Positions 36,405-49,890 of a stretch of 64,000 bases of DNA are shown piece by piece. The position numbers and the translations under genes were made by a program. The stretch comes from Lama guanicoe (lineage: Eukaryota): the NCBI GenBank assembly GCA_013239625.1, contig MU054323.1:16186029-16250028 (forward strand). The letters run 5' to 3'. Under the pieces are notes generated by a model, which had not been told where the DNA came from, searched no databases, and saw only the letters and a list, made by a program, of their open reading frames with translations. The first letter of the stretch is position 1; the number at the start of each line of letters is the position of its first letter.

Positions 36405-36877
36405 TATCCTGATTTAGTTTATGGTAATTGCATCTGGTATCACATTCAAATTCAATTTAAAATAATTCAATTTCATTTAAAATAATTTGACTCCAGACAA
36501 ATGCTGTGTGGAAACTTCTATAGGTTCATTCTGTATGTACTTTTAAATATCCTAGATTTATGTCATTGTCCTAAATTGCTTGTTAATTTTTATTTAGTGA
36601 TAAAGAAAGGAGAATGTAAGAAATCTGAAGATAGCTATGTTCTAAAAACTCCTTTAGATAAGAAACTATGAAGCTAAATCAGGTTCATATAAGTCAGTAT
36701 CATGGTCTTCTAAACAGTACTTAAATATGATGGTCATGTGCAATGTGTAGCCTTAGTTTTATGATTTTTTTATACTTGGGAATCTATTGCATATAATCCA
36801 AAATAGAAATGTGATTTGAAGATTCACATTTCTTTGAGAAATCTTTGTATGGTTTATCTCATGGAAATTAAGCCAGA

Positions 36878-36883
36878 ATTAAA
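36878..36883 (+). terminator. Candidate QPCT polyadenylation signal (ATTAAA)
   Basis: First strong hexamer I found after the stop, followed by U/GU-rich sequence; a canonical AATAAA lies further on at 37518-37523. Confidence 0.4.
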
Positions 36884-37879
36884 TGCCATGCTGTGAATTT
36901 CTTTCTCATGTATATAAATTTAAAATTATATAATTTAAAATATAGCTAAATTTTTATAGTGTTACACATTTAACACTTTTATTATAAAATAATACAGTCA
37001 GCACCAAAAATATAGAAAATGGAGAAAAGAAAAAACTGTAATTTCATTATATTAACAGAATCACCATTTACTCTAGTTTTTTTCACATAATTTCAATGCA
37101 GTTTTTAATGTAATTAGAATCAAACTGTAGCTATAGTTTTTTTGCCTTTTTTCTGTTGAATTATATAATTACTAGACACTTATTTGCTGTTTTGATCTTG
37201 GGTTGAATTCAGTGAGTCCTCCAGAGTCAATATTAAGGTAACACCACAGGAGCAGAACAATTATTATCATTTTTGCGTAGGTAAATTATGTAGTATTCAA
37301 GTTTGGTTAATTAAGCATGTTTCTCTCAAGAGATTCATGGATGCACATTTGTTTGAGCTGGAAACAGGAATTCATGGATTTGTCTGTAGCTGTAGGAAAC
37401 AATTACCTAGAAACACAAACTAGATCAATTAAACAATTAGGAAATTCATCCTGCCATACACATGAAGTTAGTTGGGGCTGCCATTTTTTGTGTTCTCTCC
37501 ATTCTGAGCAGACATTTAATAAATCCTCACTGGATTCATGTTCTGGGGCCAGGCAGGGTGTGAGACAGACAAGCTGAGCGGGGAAGCAACGGCAATTTCA
37601 AGTTCAATAACAAAGGAAGTCACTGGAAAAGGAATTTACGTACTAAAACATATCTTCAGGTTAAAGAAAAGGATAAATATAATTTTATCTATATGCTTTT
37701 ATATAATTATATAAATGAATAGCCAGGATTATATATAATTTTATGCAACAATATCTGTTCATAATTTCATGTTGATATATTTTACAGAACTAGATTTTTC
37801 TAAAATTTCTTTTTATTTTACAAACCTGCTTCTAAAATTATGTTAAGGGATATTGTGCCTTTGTGAGATAAATACTATT

Positions 37880-38120
37880 AAGAGCTAACACTTATTGAGT
37901 AATAGTTCAGTGTCTGAGAGTGTCATAAGTGCTTTATGTGTTTTTACCAACTTAATCCTTGTAACAATCCTAAGGGGTAGGTGATATTACCCCATTTTGT
38001 GATGCTCAGAGTGTTTAAGTGTCTTCTTCAAGGTCACGCAGCTATTCAGTGGCAATGATAGGGTTAGAACTCAAGTAGGCTGGCTCTAAAGCTCATGCTC
38101 TGACCACTGTAGAGTACTGC
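37880..38120 (-). mobile_element. MIR
   Basis: 'taagtgctttatgtg...ttaatccttgtaacaatcctaaggggtagg...aaggtcacgcagcta'. Confidence 0.7.
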
Positions 38121-41100
38121 CTCTTTACATGAAAAGAACTTTGCAGAAAATTATTAATGACAGGCGTGAAGCGACAATCGTTATCTTGAAATTTTTATAG
38201 GGCATTCACTCAGCCTGGGAGAACATTCTTAAATCACTGCTGCCATGATTCACCTGACACTATTAGGCTTCAGAGGCACATCATTTACATGCAGAATTAT
38301 TTCTCTGCCAAATCAAAGGCTGTTCTTACATCAGCATGGGTATAACAGACATCAACATGAGTGGTTCTAGGGTGAAAAGAATCTAAGCCACAAAGCAGGA
38401 TTAAAAAGGGCTGAGTTTTCTGGATTAGCTTTCGGATGAGAAAAAATATTTGGGAGGGGTTCAGGGAAAACACATTTTTTAAAAATACCAGAAAAGAAAT
38501 GATTTAACTAATGGTTTAAAACAGAATGAAAAGAAATTTTAATAAGGAACCTAAAAATAAGTTGACAGTACTATATATAATTTATAAGCCTAAACAGTAA
38601 GTTCTTTTTGAGGCGGCTTGAAATAAGATGATCTGTTGAGTTGACATTAGTTGAATTATTTTTAGAGGAGGAAGTTGGAGGATATGTTGAAATGAGATAA
38701 AAGGAAAAATAAAAACATAAGCAGATTAATTCAATGAAATTTCCTTCCTTCTAAATGGCACATCCTAAAATTCTACTCACTAAGAGTTTGTACTAATATG
38801 GGAAAAGCAATCATGATACCCCATAAAAGGAGACATTTTAAGGTATTAATCTTGATATTAATCTTTGAAATAGTTCTGTATAATACATGCCAGTCAGAAA
38901 TACTGCTTTTTAAAAATTATAGCTGCAAAAGCAGGGCTCCATAAACATTATATTGTATTTGGAATTTTTCTATATGCATTTTGGTGCATTTTACTGCCCC
39001 TAAGAGAACAATTTGTATTCTTTGTCTATTACTGTCAACCCTGCAATACATAGGGCTATTTATCTTCTTCAAGAGAAATGAGTTCAAAGGAAAATATTCA
39101 TAAAAGAGTATTCATAAATTTGGCATCTGAAAAAAATCATTGAGTCTGTTATTGTAGCTTGAGGGTTGAGGCTGGAAGAGAAAAGACAGATCCTTCAAAC
39201 TGGAAAAATGTTTTAGATGGTGAAGCAGCTGTCATAAGAACGAAGCCATCCATGTTTTCAGCTCCAACTCCAAATCCTTAAACTGTTTATTTCCTGGAGC
39301 TTCTTTCTTCCATCAAAGATGTACATTCATGATGAGGCTGCCCCCAAATCATGTGAAAACTGAACAATCACGCAATCAACTTGGCTCAGCTGGAGGTGAT
39401 TACTTCCAACAAAGGAGGGAAGGACAAGATGCAAGACCTTTCTATTTCTCTGATGTACAGACAGCCCCACATGGGGCTTGGTCGTGCTGTAGTCTACTGA
39501 AAATGAAATCTCAGTTTCTCTGCATGCCCCAAATCTGAAGAATGAAGGTGTAGGGGTAAAGGACAAAGGGGTAAAGAGAAGATGAGGGAGACAACTTAAG
39601 ACAGCCACAGTAATTTAAAGCAAAGCTAACATAGGAAATTCCTCCATTTTATTGTTCATGAAGGTGTGGGGTTGTGCTTTCATAGCCAGCCTTTTCAACA
39701 ACTTCTGGCTTCAAAGATGAACGTATGAAAGATTGAGGTTTTGCTCTGAGCTTCAGGGCCACTTTCTACACAGTCTGAAATTCTAAAAGTAGTTTTGAAG
39801 TGGTTTAACGGCCTCCCCCCTTTTTTCCCTTCTGTCTCACTTCTGTGACTTCTATTGTACTTCTTTCTCAGCCTTCAAATAGCTAACTTACTGCTTTGTT
39901 GCAAGGAGCAGATCCCGTTGTGTAAAATCACCACCATGTTTCACAGAAGGGCTGAGGTGGAGAGGGGAGGTCATTAGCTAATGGAGCCAGTAGGGTGGTA
40001 TGGGGCACCCCTCAAATCCACCTAAACATGAAAATTGGCCCTGCAATCCTGGCACTACATCCAGCAGCAATAATTTATGGCAGTTTTGAAGAAAGCTGAG
40101 ATGAAAGGATTGTCTGTGTCATGGCTGTAGCCCTCAGCCTGAATGTGGTTGGCGTGCTCACGCGATGTGAAGTCATCTCATTGTGCTCATATTTCAAAGG
40201 CAACACATGGAACGTAGCCCACTCTCCAACATATCCAAATATGCCAAGGAGAATTTAGACCATTTGTTCGAGAATTAATATTAAGAGCACAGAATTGTCA
40301 AGAAGAGAAACAAAACAAAACAAACCATGGCTTAACGCAAAAACCAGACAAGCAAAGTCCTCAACGAAACAAACAAATAAAACCCTACAAAGATTACAGA
40401 GGGTGTCATTAAAAATAGATTTTAAAACTGATAACTTATAAATAGTATGGAAAACTTTATTCTATTACATTTACACAGAACTATGGGGTACAAGGGGTCC
40501 TTGGAAGTCAAGGATTTAACATTTGTGGTTTTGGCTAACAAAGAATGACATGTAGTAAATTATTTGAGCTAAGAGATTGGAGTGGAGAAGTGAATGATCC
40601 TAGCTGACTGCCAGCCATCAATTTCATTGTTATCCTCTAGTCATCCTTGCAGTAATGCTTGGGAAATAATAAGACTCATTTGTTTGTAAAAAATGAACAC
40701 CCCTGCCCCCCGCCACCTCCATCTCTTTGGCCAATTGCTCTTGCTAAAGATGTAATTAAAAACGTCCAGAAAATTGGTGGTGACACAGAGTAGCTTTATA
40801 AATTATTTTAATCCTTTATCGATAGACAAGTTAAGCATATGAAAAGACCACTAAAAAACTTCAGGGTTTTATAAAAATTATCTTTTTATGGGACAAATTA
40901 CAAGCTACATGGTTTTCAAAAGTGTTTCAGATATTTTCCTTGGGAATATTAAAGATCCATTTGAGGTTATGCTGGAGTTATTTCATATGAGTAATTAATT
41001 GCAATAATCCTTTGATAGGTTTAACCATAGAGCTGTACCTTAGTGTCTTCATTTGAAAAATAAATGAACACAGAGACTAAATTATTCTCAGTTGATGCTA

Positions 41101-41188
41101 AGACTGGACCCCAGGGAATCTGAGTTGTGGTACATGGCATGGCTAATTTTAGCTTGGTTAGGAGGAGAATGAGAGATTTTTATAGTTC

Positions 41189-41395
41189 ATTTGTTCTCAA
41201 CAGGGGGTAGTACATGCTCCTAGGAGGCATGTGTGTGTGTCTAGTGGGATAGGAGGTGGATTTTTGGTTGTCATAATAACTGAGGGGTGCTTCTGGCATT
41301 TTGTGGGCAGAGGCCAAAATGAATGTCCAGAATAGCTTATACCATAAAGAATTGTCCCACCAAATGCCATTAGTACCTCCACTGAGAAACACTGA
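41189..41395. mobile_element. MER20-like hAT element
   Basis: 'ttctcaacagggggt...tttttggttgtcataa...ctggcattttgtgggcagaggcca...tgagaaacactg'. Confidence 0.7.
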
Positions 41396-41454
41396 CTAGT
41401 TTTCAACATCTTCATTCTTAAGGTTCAGATAGCAAGATCCAAAGAGAATGGATC

Positions 41455-41958
41455 TCTTAAGATTCTTCTGGTTACAAGTGATAGAAGACCCATTTCAAAC
41501 TTAGCTGAGCAAAAAAGGACATTTATTTTATGTCTCTGGTTTCAGGCATAGCTGAATCCAGAACCCTGTCTCCCTATCCCTCTGCTCTGCCCTTCTTTGA
41601 GTAGGCTCCAAACTTAGGTAAGCTTTTTGTCTTGGGGGCAAGATGGGTGCTAGTAGCCCCAGGTTCATATCCCTATAACTCCAACTCTAGGGAGAGTGTC
41701 CATCTGCTGTCCAACATTTCTATAAATTTCTAGGCCCAATTGCTGTTGGCTCAAGTGGTGTTCTAGGTCCAATGACTCAGTCTCCGGGCTGGGGACTGGA
41801 ATGCAGTGATTGACTTTGTCCTGTGGCTCATGCCCACCCACAAAGCTGGGGGAGGGTTACCCTAACAAATTATAAGGTTGAAGGTGGGTTCGAGGTTGTT
41901 CCGCAAGGAAGATTTAGAGAGAGGATGCTGTACAGACAAGAGCAACAAATGTCCACCA
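41455..41958 (-). mobile_element. Old MaLR (MLT1-like) LTR
   Basis: 'ggttacaagtgatagaagaccca...caggcatagctgaatccag...gtgattgac'. Confidence 0.55.
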
Positions 41959-42157
41959 TGGTGAGCAAATGAGTTAGGTAACTTATGCACAATTGTAAGG
42001 CATGGTACCATGCTGCCTTTTTCTTATCTTACACAGGATGTGGTAGTATATGTTCCCTTACAATGAAGGTGTACTTGACCCTCCATGAAAGTTCTTAAAA
42101 TACAGGGTCAAAATCTTGGAAGAAGAGCACAGGTATTATAAGAGCATATTATGCCTC

Positions 42158-42907
42158 TGTTACTGGGCCAGGTCAACTTGTCTGACGTGCAGCAAGCCAA
42201 ACGCTGAGATGCCAATGTTTACAGCTGAGAAAGTTTACTTACAAGGAGAGTTTACAATCGAAGAGACTGCAGAGTAAGTCTCAGGTCCACCTCTCTGAAG
42301 GTGAGGGGGTTGGGATACTGATGGGATAAGCAGGGTATCTCTCTCTTTTTTTAAAGCTTGATTGATTGATTGATTTTTGCTTGAGCCCAGGATCTCATGC
42401 ATGCTAAGCATGTGCTCTACCACTTGAGCTATACCCTCCTCCTAACCTTAGAAGGGAGTCAGGCTTGGGGAAAGGTGATTGCAGGTAGGGAAAAAGTGAG
42501 GTAACTGGTGTTCTGCGCAGGTGCATCTGGGTTACAAGCTTCTGCATATTCAAAATACAGGCGCTTGATAAGAGGGTGGACTTTTCCAGCCTCCTGACAT
42601 CAAGAGACAAGATACCTTCGAAGGCACAGTTTTAGGGTCTGTGGCCCCAATCAACTCCAGCCGGCTCACATTGGGCAAGAGTTGACCCAAGTTGCTGTAA
42701 AACAACTGAGTTGTGTGAAGCTGGGAAGGTATGTAATTAAAGAGAAAAAGAAAGAAAGAAAAATAACTAAAGCGAGCTTAATCAACGAAGGCAGTTTACA
42801 AGCAAAGAGGTTTTAACAAGCTATTCCCTTATCTGTTGTTTTGTAAGACAAGCTCAAGAATTTCTATTAGTTACTAGCTTCTGTTAACTCTGTGGGGCAT
42901 GGTTTCA
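42158..42907 (-). mobile_element. ERV1-type solo LTR
   Basis: TGTTAC...TTTCA termini; minus-strand start tgaaaccatgcccc...aatagaaattcttgagcttg; flanking 4-mers cctc/tttc give only a degraded TSD. Confidence 0.7.
42346..42443 (-). mobile_element. vic-1-like SINE nested in solo LTR
   Basis: 'catgcatgctaagcatgtgctctaccacttgagctataccctcc' shared with the SINEs at 20949 and 61934. Confidence 0.8.
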
Positions 42908-43960
42908 TTTCGGGCTTTAAAAATCTGAATTTAGAAGATTCTTAAATCCAGCTGCTCATGCTTCATTTGCTTGCAATTGGATCCTAGACTTGGAAATGAG
43001 ATTTTGTCATAAGAAAACAAAGTTGCTTCCCCTAAAATCAGATTTTCTTCAGGATCATTGTGTTTCTTCCCCAGACCTTTACTGCAGGTTGATACAGCTT
43101 AGAAAGTTACATTCAAGGGAAGAGCATCTTTGGATACCTAAAACTGGTTAATCTTCACCTGAGCAGAAAACAGAGATGACAGCACCTGAGAAACCAAGAA
43201 AAATTGAGAATACTCAGACATTGACCAAGAAAGATAAACTTCTCTGCTACAGGAGGCTGGCAGTCATGGATGAGATGTTGTCCAGACACTGCCTGAGGCC
43301 AGAAAGATTGTAGAGCTGATAAAGATCAGGGGTGGCAGAAGGAAGGGTTTGCTAACTCAAAGTGCATGTTTCAGTCCAGTAGTCTCAAAATCAAAAAGTT
43401 CAAGGCACTGTGATCAGAAAGATGTTTCTTATATCACTCCTCAAAGGGCCATAAATGTTATCAGGCCCATGTATGAGCGCCAGCCAGGTCATATATCTCC
43501 ATAAAGGTCATTATCAGACCAGAACGGGTGGTGTCTGAGCTGGGATTGCTATTCAGGGGCTAGGAACAAGAGAGTAGAATTCAAATGTTTTAGAGTTGAA
43601 AAAACGCCTTAGAAATCATCAGCTCTAGTTTTGACCCTCAGCTTTAGATGGGAGGCGGTGCTGCAGAAAGAGTTCCTCACCATGTTCTTGCCCTTGTCTC
43701 GGTGGTAGAAAGTGCTTCAGCAGATTTCAGAGTTTTGTGTCTTAAGTAGTAGAATACTTTCTTCAGAGGAAATCTCACATGGAACCCCAAAGGTAAGAGA
43801 GCAGACTTGGTTGAAGCAAGGAGAGAGACTTGGAACCTTGGTTGGCTAAGCCTTATTCAGTAACCTTGCCTCTCCCCAGATCCCTACTCACCCCCAAAGG
43901 GACTCCATGAAACCTAGGGTTTTGCAAGAACATAGCTTGGAACTCTGATTTAATTCTCAG

Positions 43961-45075
43961 TGTTCTTTGACTCAGTTCTCAGAGATAATGACTCGGTTGA
44001 TCACCCACTACTTGGGGTTCTGGACCCAATTCCAATGTGTGGGGGTGAAAGGGGGAGCTCCCCACACATCCAAGTAATGTTTTGCATGCAAGCTGAGTTC
44101 TGCAATTCAACTCAATTCTGACGTGATCTATCTGGAGATAGCTTCAGATCAAGGGTTCAGTCTCACAAACTGCCCCCACTCTCCCCCCACTTCAGGTACC
44201 AGTCTCAAGCCCATATTATCACCTGTGCTTCTGACCCACTGGCTGTAGACTGGAGGTTCCAATGACACCCTCTAACTCAGAATGCCAATTGCAAGTCCAG
44301 GTTGTTACCTGTACTTCTGACCGGCTGGCTTATATATTAAAGGATCCAGTGACCCCTCTCCTTGGGTTTGAATAATTTGCTAGAATGGCTCACAAAACTC
44401 AGGAAACATTTCACTTACTAGATTACAAGTATATTATTAAAAGGGTATAGCTGTGGGCAGCCGATGGGAGTGATGCATAGAGCAAGGTATGTGGGAAGGG
44501 TGTGAGCCTCCATGTCCTCCCTGAGCACACCACTCTCCCCAAATCTCCATGTGTTCACCAATCAGGAAGCTCTTCAAACCCTGCCCTTTAGGGGTTTTAT
44601 GGAGGTTTCATTTCATAGGCACGACTGATTAAATCATTGGCTATTGGTGATTGCTTCATCCTCCAGGCCCTTTACCCTCCCCAGAGGAAGTCAGGGAGTG
44701 GGATGGAAAGTTCCAAGTCTTTAATCATCTGGTTGGGTCTCCTGGCAACTATTCCCCATCCTTTGGTTACCTAGGGCTTTCCAAAAGTCACCACATTAAT
44801 ATAAACCCAGTTATGGTGGAAAGGGATGTGTTATGAATAACAAGACACCTATTTCACCTTCATGGCTTTCAAGAGCTTTTAGGCACTGACGACAAGAGAC
44901 CAAATATTATGACAAAATATGCTCACATTGCTCTTGTCAAAATATGTTCAGGAAATACCAAATGTTTTGGGAGCTATGGGCCAGAAACTGTGAATGAAGA
45001 TCAAATATATATGAGATACATATTTTGGTCATCTGAATGGCCAAATATATATTTCTTATAAATCACAATGTCACA
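43961..45075 (-). mobile_element. MER21-like solo LTR
   Basis: TG...CA termini; minus-strand start tgtgacattgtgatttataagaaatatatatttgg; flanks ctcag/ctcat (near-perfect 5-bp TSD). Confidence 0.75.
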
Positions 45076-45079
45076 CTCA

Positions 45080-45880
45080 TTGGCTTCTAGGTCACCACTT
45101 TCTCTTGGTCTTCCCACCTCACTTGTCTCTTTCTCTGTCTCCTTTGCTGTCCCCCTTGTCTTCCTGACTCTTAAAAATTGGAATATTCTGGAGCTTAGTT
45201 CATGGACCTCTTCTTTAGGGATACCCACTCTCCAAGTGATCTCATCCAGCCCCACAGCTCTAAAATCATGCACAGACTACTTTCAAATGTGTATCTCCAG
45301 TCTCAATCTCCCCTTGAATTCTAGACATCTCCATCGGGATGTCCCAAAGGCAACTTGAAGGAAGATATGCAGAACAGAACTAATGGTTCCATGTATTCCC
45401 TCAAATCTCAGTAATGGATTTGAGATTCCTATCTCAGTAAATGGAAATTTTTTTTTACCCAGTTGCCGACTCCTTTCTCTCTCAGTTCAGGACACTAGCA
45501 AATCCTGTTGACTCTCCTTCTACTATGTCCCCAAATCTCCCCATTTTTGAATACTACTCCCACTCTGGGTCAAGCCACCATCCTTCTGTCACCTGGCCTC
45601 CCTGCTCCATCCTTGCTTCCTTAGACTCTTCTCCACACAAGACCTAGAGCCGTCCTTTGAAATTACATTCATGTCATGCTACTGCTCTGCTCAAAACCCT
45701 CCAATGGCTTCTCACATTGCTCGAAATAGAATCCAGTGTCTTTACAATGGCTGTCCAGGCCCCATATGACCAGACCTCTTTATCTTTTTGATCTTATCTC
45801 CTACAGCTCTCTTCCTTACTCACTTCACCCTGGTGATGCTGACCTCCTGGCTTCTCCCAAATAAGCTGAGCATATTCCTG
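45080..45880. mobile_element. L2 LINE fragment
   Basis: 'gtgatctcatccagccccacagctctaaa', 'ctctgctcaaaaccctccaatggctt'. Confidence 0.7.
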
Positions 45881-47489
45881 AATCACCTGGGGGAGCAGAT
45901 GTAGCAATAAACGAAGTCTCATGAATCAGAAGCCTGAAGCTGGGTTGTGAGCTGTCTGCACCTGGCCTCACTTCCCAGGTCCAACCAATGAGGCTCTGGG
46001 CTCAAGGGTGAGGTTGGGCCATCAGTTTCCAGCAGGTTCTGAGTGCTGCCCTTAGAGATGAGGCTGACTTAGGAACAGAACAGCAGCAAGGTTCAGTGGG
46101 TCCAGAGAATTCTCAAGGGGAAAGAAAAGAACTCCCTAGGTCTGTCTCTTCTACCTTCTCTCCTTCAAAAGGAAGGGTATTTTAAGAAAGTGCAAGGAAA
46201 AGAGATGAGAGATATGGGATATAAATACAGTGGAATGAAGAATCATAGTATTGAGTATTTTTCCGAATTGGATCAAGTTTTTGGATGATACCTGGGGAGC
46301 AAAAGGCCAGAAGAAGTTGACAGAGGAGGGAAGAGAGGCAGGGACAGCTGAGGTTCCTTCAGGCTTTAAGTGAGAAACCTGCGCTTGGATCCTCGGAATA
46401 ATCACACTCCGTTTCCATTAAGCTTCTGTGTACTAGCAAGGCCTCTGGGATAGTAAAGAAGGTCCAAGAAAATTTGCATAGGCAGTTCTAAACCATCAAC
46501 TGAAGAGTTTCTGACTCATCCCTGTGCCTCCCTCCTACATCTGTCTACAGGGGAAACTAGGCAATGAGGTTGTTTCCTACCTCCCTGTTCTGGACAAAGT
46601 TCCTCTGTGGGAGGTGGGGTGGAAGTGGAGGGGGCTTTCTCCATCCTCATGATCTCATGCTCTCTCCCTTCTTCCCATTTCTCTCTACCAAACAAAATGT
46701 TTCCATTTTGAGCTAAGAGTGATGGATAGCAGGGTTTATTAAAAATATTTTTAAAGCAAGAGATTAAATTTTGATAATGGTGGAATTTCATATACGAGTC
46801 AGTGTATTAATCAGATTGTAGAGTTGAAGTTTATAGCTATTTCCATGTTCTCAGAACTGGAGAAATGAATTCCTAAACATTGTTTCCTCCTTAGGGCAAC
46901 TTCAGTATGTTGCCCACAAGGATATAGGGCAGGAGCCTTGCAGAGGCACTAGGCTACATGTCTCAAGCTACACGTCCCCTGAGTCTGTCTCCTTCTCTGG
47001 ATTCAGTACTTCACCTTCTCCGTGCAGCTGAGCTCCCACAAGCTGCATGACACCTTGCCAGTTTGCCCCAGACAGGCTGGTTTGAATGTTCTCCCATTCT
47101 GTGCTTTGATAGTGTTGGGAAGGGCACAATCTGTGGGATCTATTTGGATTGGCAGTTCTCCCTCTGGATATGGGGCGTATCAAAGCAGCAGACAGGCTGC
47201 CTGTCCGAGCCATTTTCCTGACATCAGGGCTACTGCTCTGGCTGCTATCAGACCTACATAGTTTTCATGGGAAGAGGGTTTGAGATGGTTGGGCATCAAG
47301 TGCAAAGGAAAAAGCACTCAGAGGTGTAGAATTTATTCACTTTGGTTCAGGGAACCAAAGAAAAAAGTTATCGGAGGACAGAGTATTCCTGGCTTGTGTG
47401 CCCACTAAAATTAGAATCTGTCTTACTGCACTTTCTTGGTTCTCCTTCAACTCAGTTTGATCGTTCCCAGAATCTTATACTGATTCCGC

Positions 47490-47910
47490 TTATCTCCAGA
47501 CTGGCTAACGTTGGAAGGCGCAGGGCTCAGTTGTTGGTCCTCTTTTCTTCTCTAGCTTCCTTAGTCCATTCTTGACCTCATCCAGCTTCAAGTCTTTAAA
47601 TACCACCTACATATTGATTACTTCCGGAGATCTTACCTGCCCTCCAGTCTCGTGTATCCAGCTGTCCACTGCATAGCTCCACTTGGAGGTCACACTCAGC
47701 ATGCCTTCGCTGAACTCCTGATCCTCTCCCCACATGCCAGCTCCACCTATGGTCTTCTTCCTCTCAGTTGCTGGGAGCCTCATTCTTCCTGTAGCTGAAC
47801 CAAAAACATGGGAGTCACTCTTGATTTCTCACCTTCTTTCATAGTCCACATCCAATTAGTCGGAAGCAGCCAGGTCAAGTTTACTTTTAAAGTACCTTCA
47901 GAATCCTTAT
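47490..47910. mobile_element. L2 LINE fragment
   Basis: 'ctcatccagcttcaagtctttaaataccacctacat...tccacttgga...ggagtcactcttga...cacatccaat'. Confidence 0.65.
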
Positions 47911-48934
47911 CCTGGTTATTGAATTGCTGTATCATACTTCATGATGCAAAATAATTTGATTCTTGATTAGGTTATGGAAATGGATAATTGTTATATATCT
48001 TCTCTTTCATGCATACATACAAGATGGAAGGGAAAGTGAATGTTTCAGAGGGAAATGCTACATTTAGAGAACTGGAGCTGAAGTGAGCTAAATGGGAAAA
48101 TTTGGGTGGTAAGTTGGTATGTAGGTTGACTTATAAGTTGTTTGTGATCTTTGCATATACTGCAGCCACTTCTATCACAGCCTACAAGCTAAGGCACAGC
48201 ACCAGAGAAGTGACAGTGGGGTACTGGTGAGGAGCAAATCATTCGACTGTCTCAGCACCACAACCCACTGGGATGTCCAAACTCAGCTTCATCTTTCTGC
48301 TTCTAGTCTCAGACTCTTTGATTTCTGGTACTCTGCCCCTTGTTAGCTTCTCCCTCAACTTCGTGCTTCTGACAATGGCTTTACTCTATGGTATGGTGAC
48401 TGTAATTATTAGTAGCATCCTCTTCCACTCTCAAGGGTGCTAGTTAAGGTGACAATCTGGGGTGACATCCTACATCTAGGGCTCAGATTGGCTGGTGACC
48501 TTGGAACCCTCTGCTGGCAGCCTCTCTGCCTCTACCTCTGTGCCCCATCCCATTGGCTTTGGCTGTGGTGAATTTTCCTTCATTGTGTAGAAGTTCACTT
48601 TTCCCAGTTCAGAATTTTACTCAGTTCAGAATATATAATTTGGCCATTGAATAACAGGGTGGATACAAAAATTTCTGGTTACCACAATAGAGAAGCAGAG
48701 CTAACTGAGAACAAAAACCTCAGCCCACTCCTTGGGCTTGGGTGACCAGGAACCACACTGGCTGGCAGGTTGTGCAAAGGATCTTAGTGTCCTGTGAAGT
48801 GAAGTTCGTGGTATTTTTGTTGGTTGTATGGGCAGATCATGTCCCTTCTCTGGGCCGTGGTGTCCTCATCTACAAACTACAGAGATTCAACCTAATGACC
48901 CGTTGGGTCCCTTCGGGTGCTAAGATTCTATGCA

Positions 48935-49160
48935 GTAGGACAGCATAGTGTTTAAGAGCCTGGCCTTTGGAGATTGAATTGAATTTGAATCCTGGCTCTG
49001 CAATGTAAAAGATACTCAATTTCGTGCAGGATAGAAACTCAGTTTTCTCGTGGATAAGATGGGGACCACGCTCACTCAGGCTTTTTATGATGACTAAATG
49101 AAATAAGTGAGAAAAAACCTTGCGGAGTGTCTGGCACGTGATCACTCAATGAGGATGTTG
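48935..49160 (+). mobile_element. MIR
   Basis: 'gcatagtgtttaagagc...tttgaatcctggctctgc...tgtctggcacgtg...ctcaat'. Confidence 0.7.
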
Positions 49161-49791
49161 GTTACTAGGACTTTGAAGTGATTCACATGGAACTGCTTTC
49201 AAAACATGATCTCATTCAAAGCTCATAACTGTGGGAAGACAATTGGGTGGCTACTGTCATCTTTATTTTATCGAGAAGAGTGAAGCACAGAGAAGTGAGG
49301 TGATTTCACAGGGCTGGAGCGCGACAATGCCAGGGCCTTGCCAGGCACAGTGGGGGAAGCAGAAGTGCATCAGTCAGACATTCACTGAGGAGATAGAGCT
49401 GCACTCACCTACCCAGCAGGACAGACCTTAAATCAGTCATTTATGTAAGAAAATTCCCCAGAGATAATACCAAAGGAGAGCCAGTTGTAAAGAGCCTGAT
49501 GACGAGCCCAGGGAGAACGAAACACCTTCTACTTTTCAGACGATGAAAGCTCATTCTCTTGTTTCTGTTGTCCCACTATTCAACCATGTTGCACCATCAG
49601 ATGTTACTAACGTCATCATGGGGCTCAGACTCTGTTTCTCATCAGCCTCTCTGATCGTGTTCCTGGGATCCTGAGTCTCAATCTTTACCTCTGATCTTCA
49701 CCACTTTTCCACCCACATCTGTTCTGGGGCCCCTGCTCTCACTTAATATGGCATTAAGGTTCCTTTTCTTTTATAAAAAATACTTTTTAAA

Positions 49792-49890
49792 AACATTTTT
49801 TATTGATTTATAATCATTTTACAATGTTGTGTCAAATTCCAGTGTTCAGCACAATTTTTCAGTCATTCATGGACATATACACACTCATTG
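49792..49890 (-). mobile_element. Short 5'-truncated young L1 3' end with 17-bp TSD
   Basis: TSD aaaaaatactttttaaa at 49775-49791 and 49891-49907; minus-strand AATAAA near the element 3' end. Confidence 0.82.
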
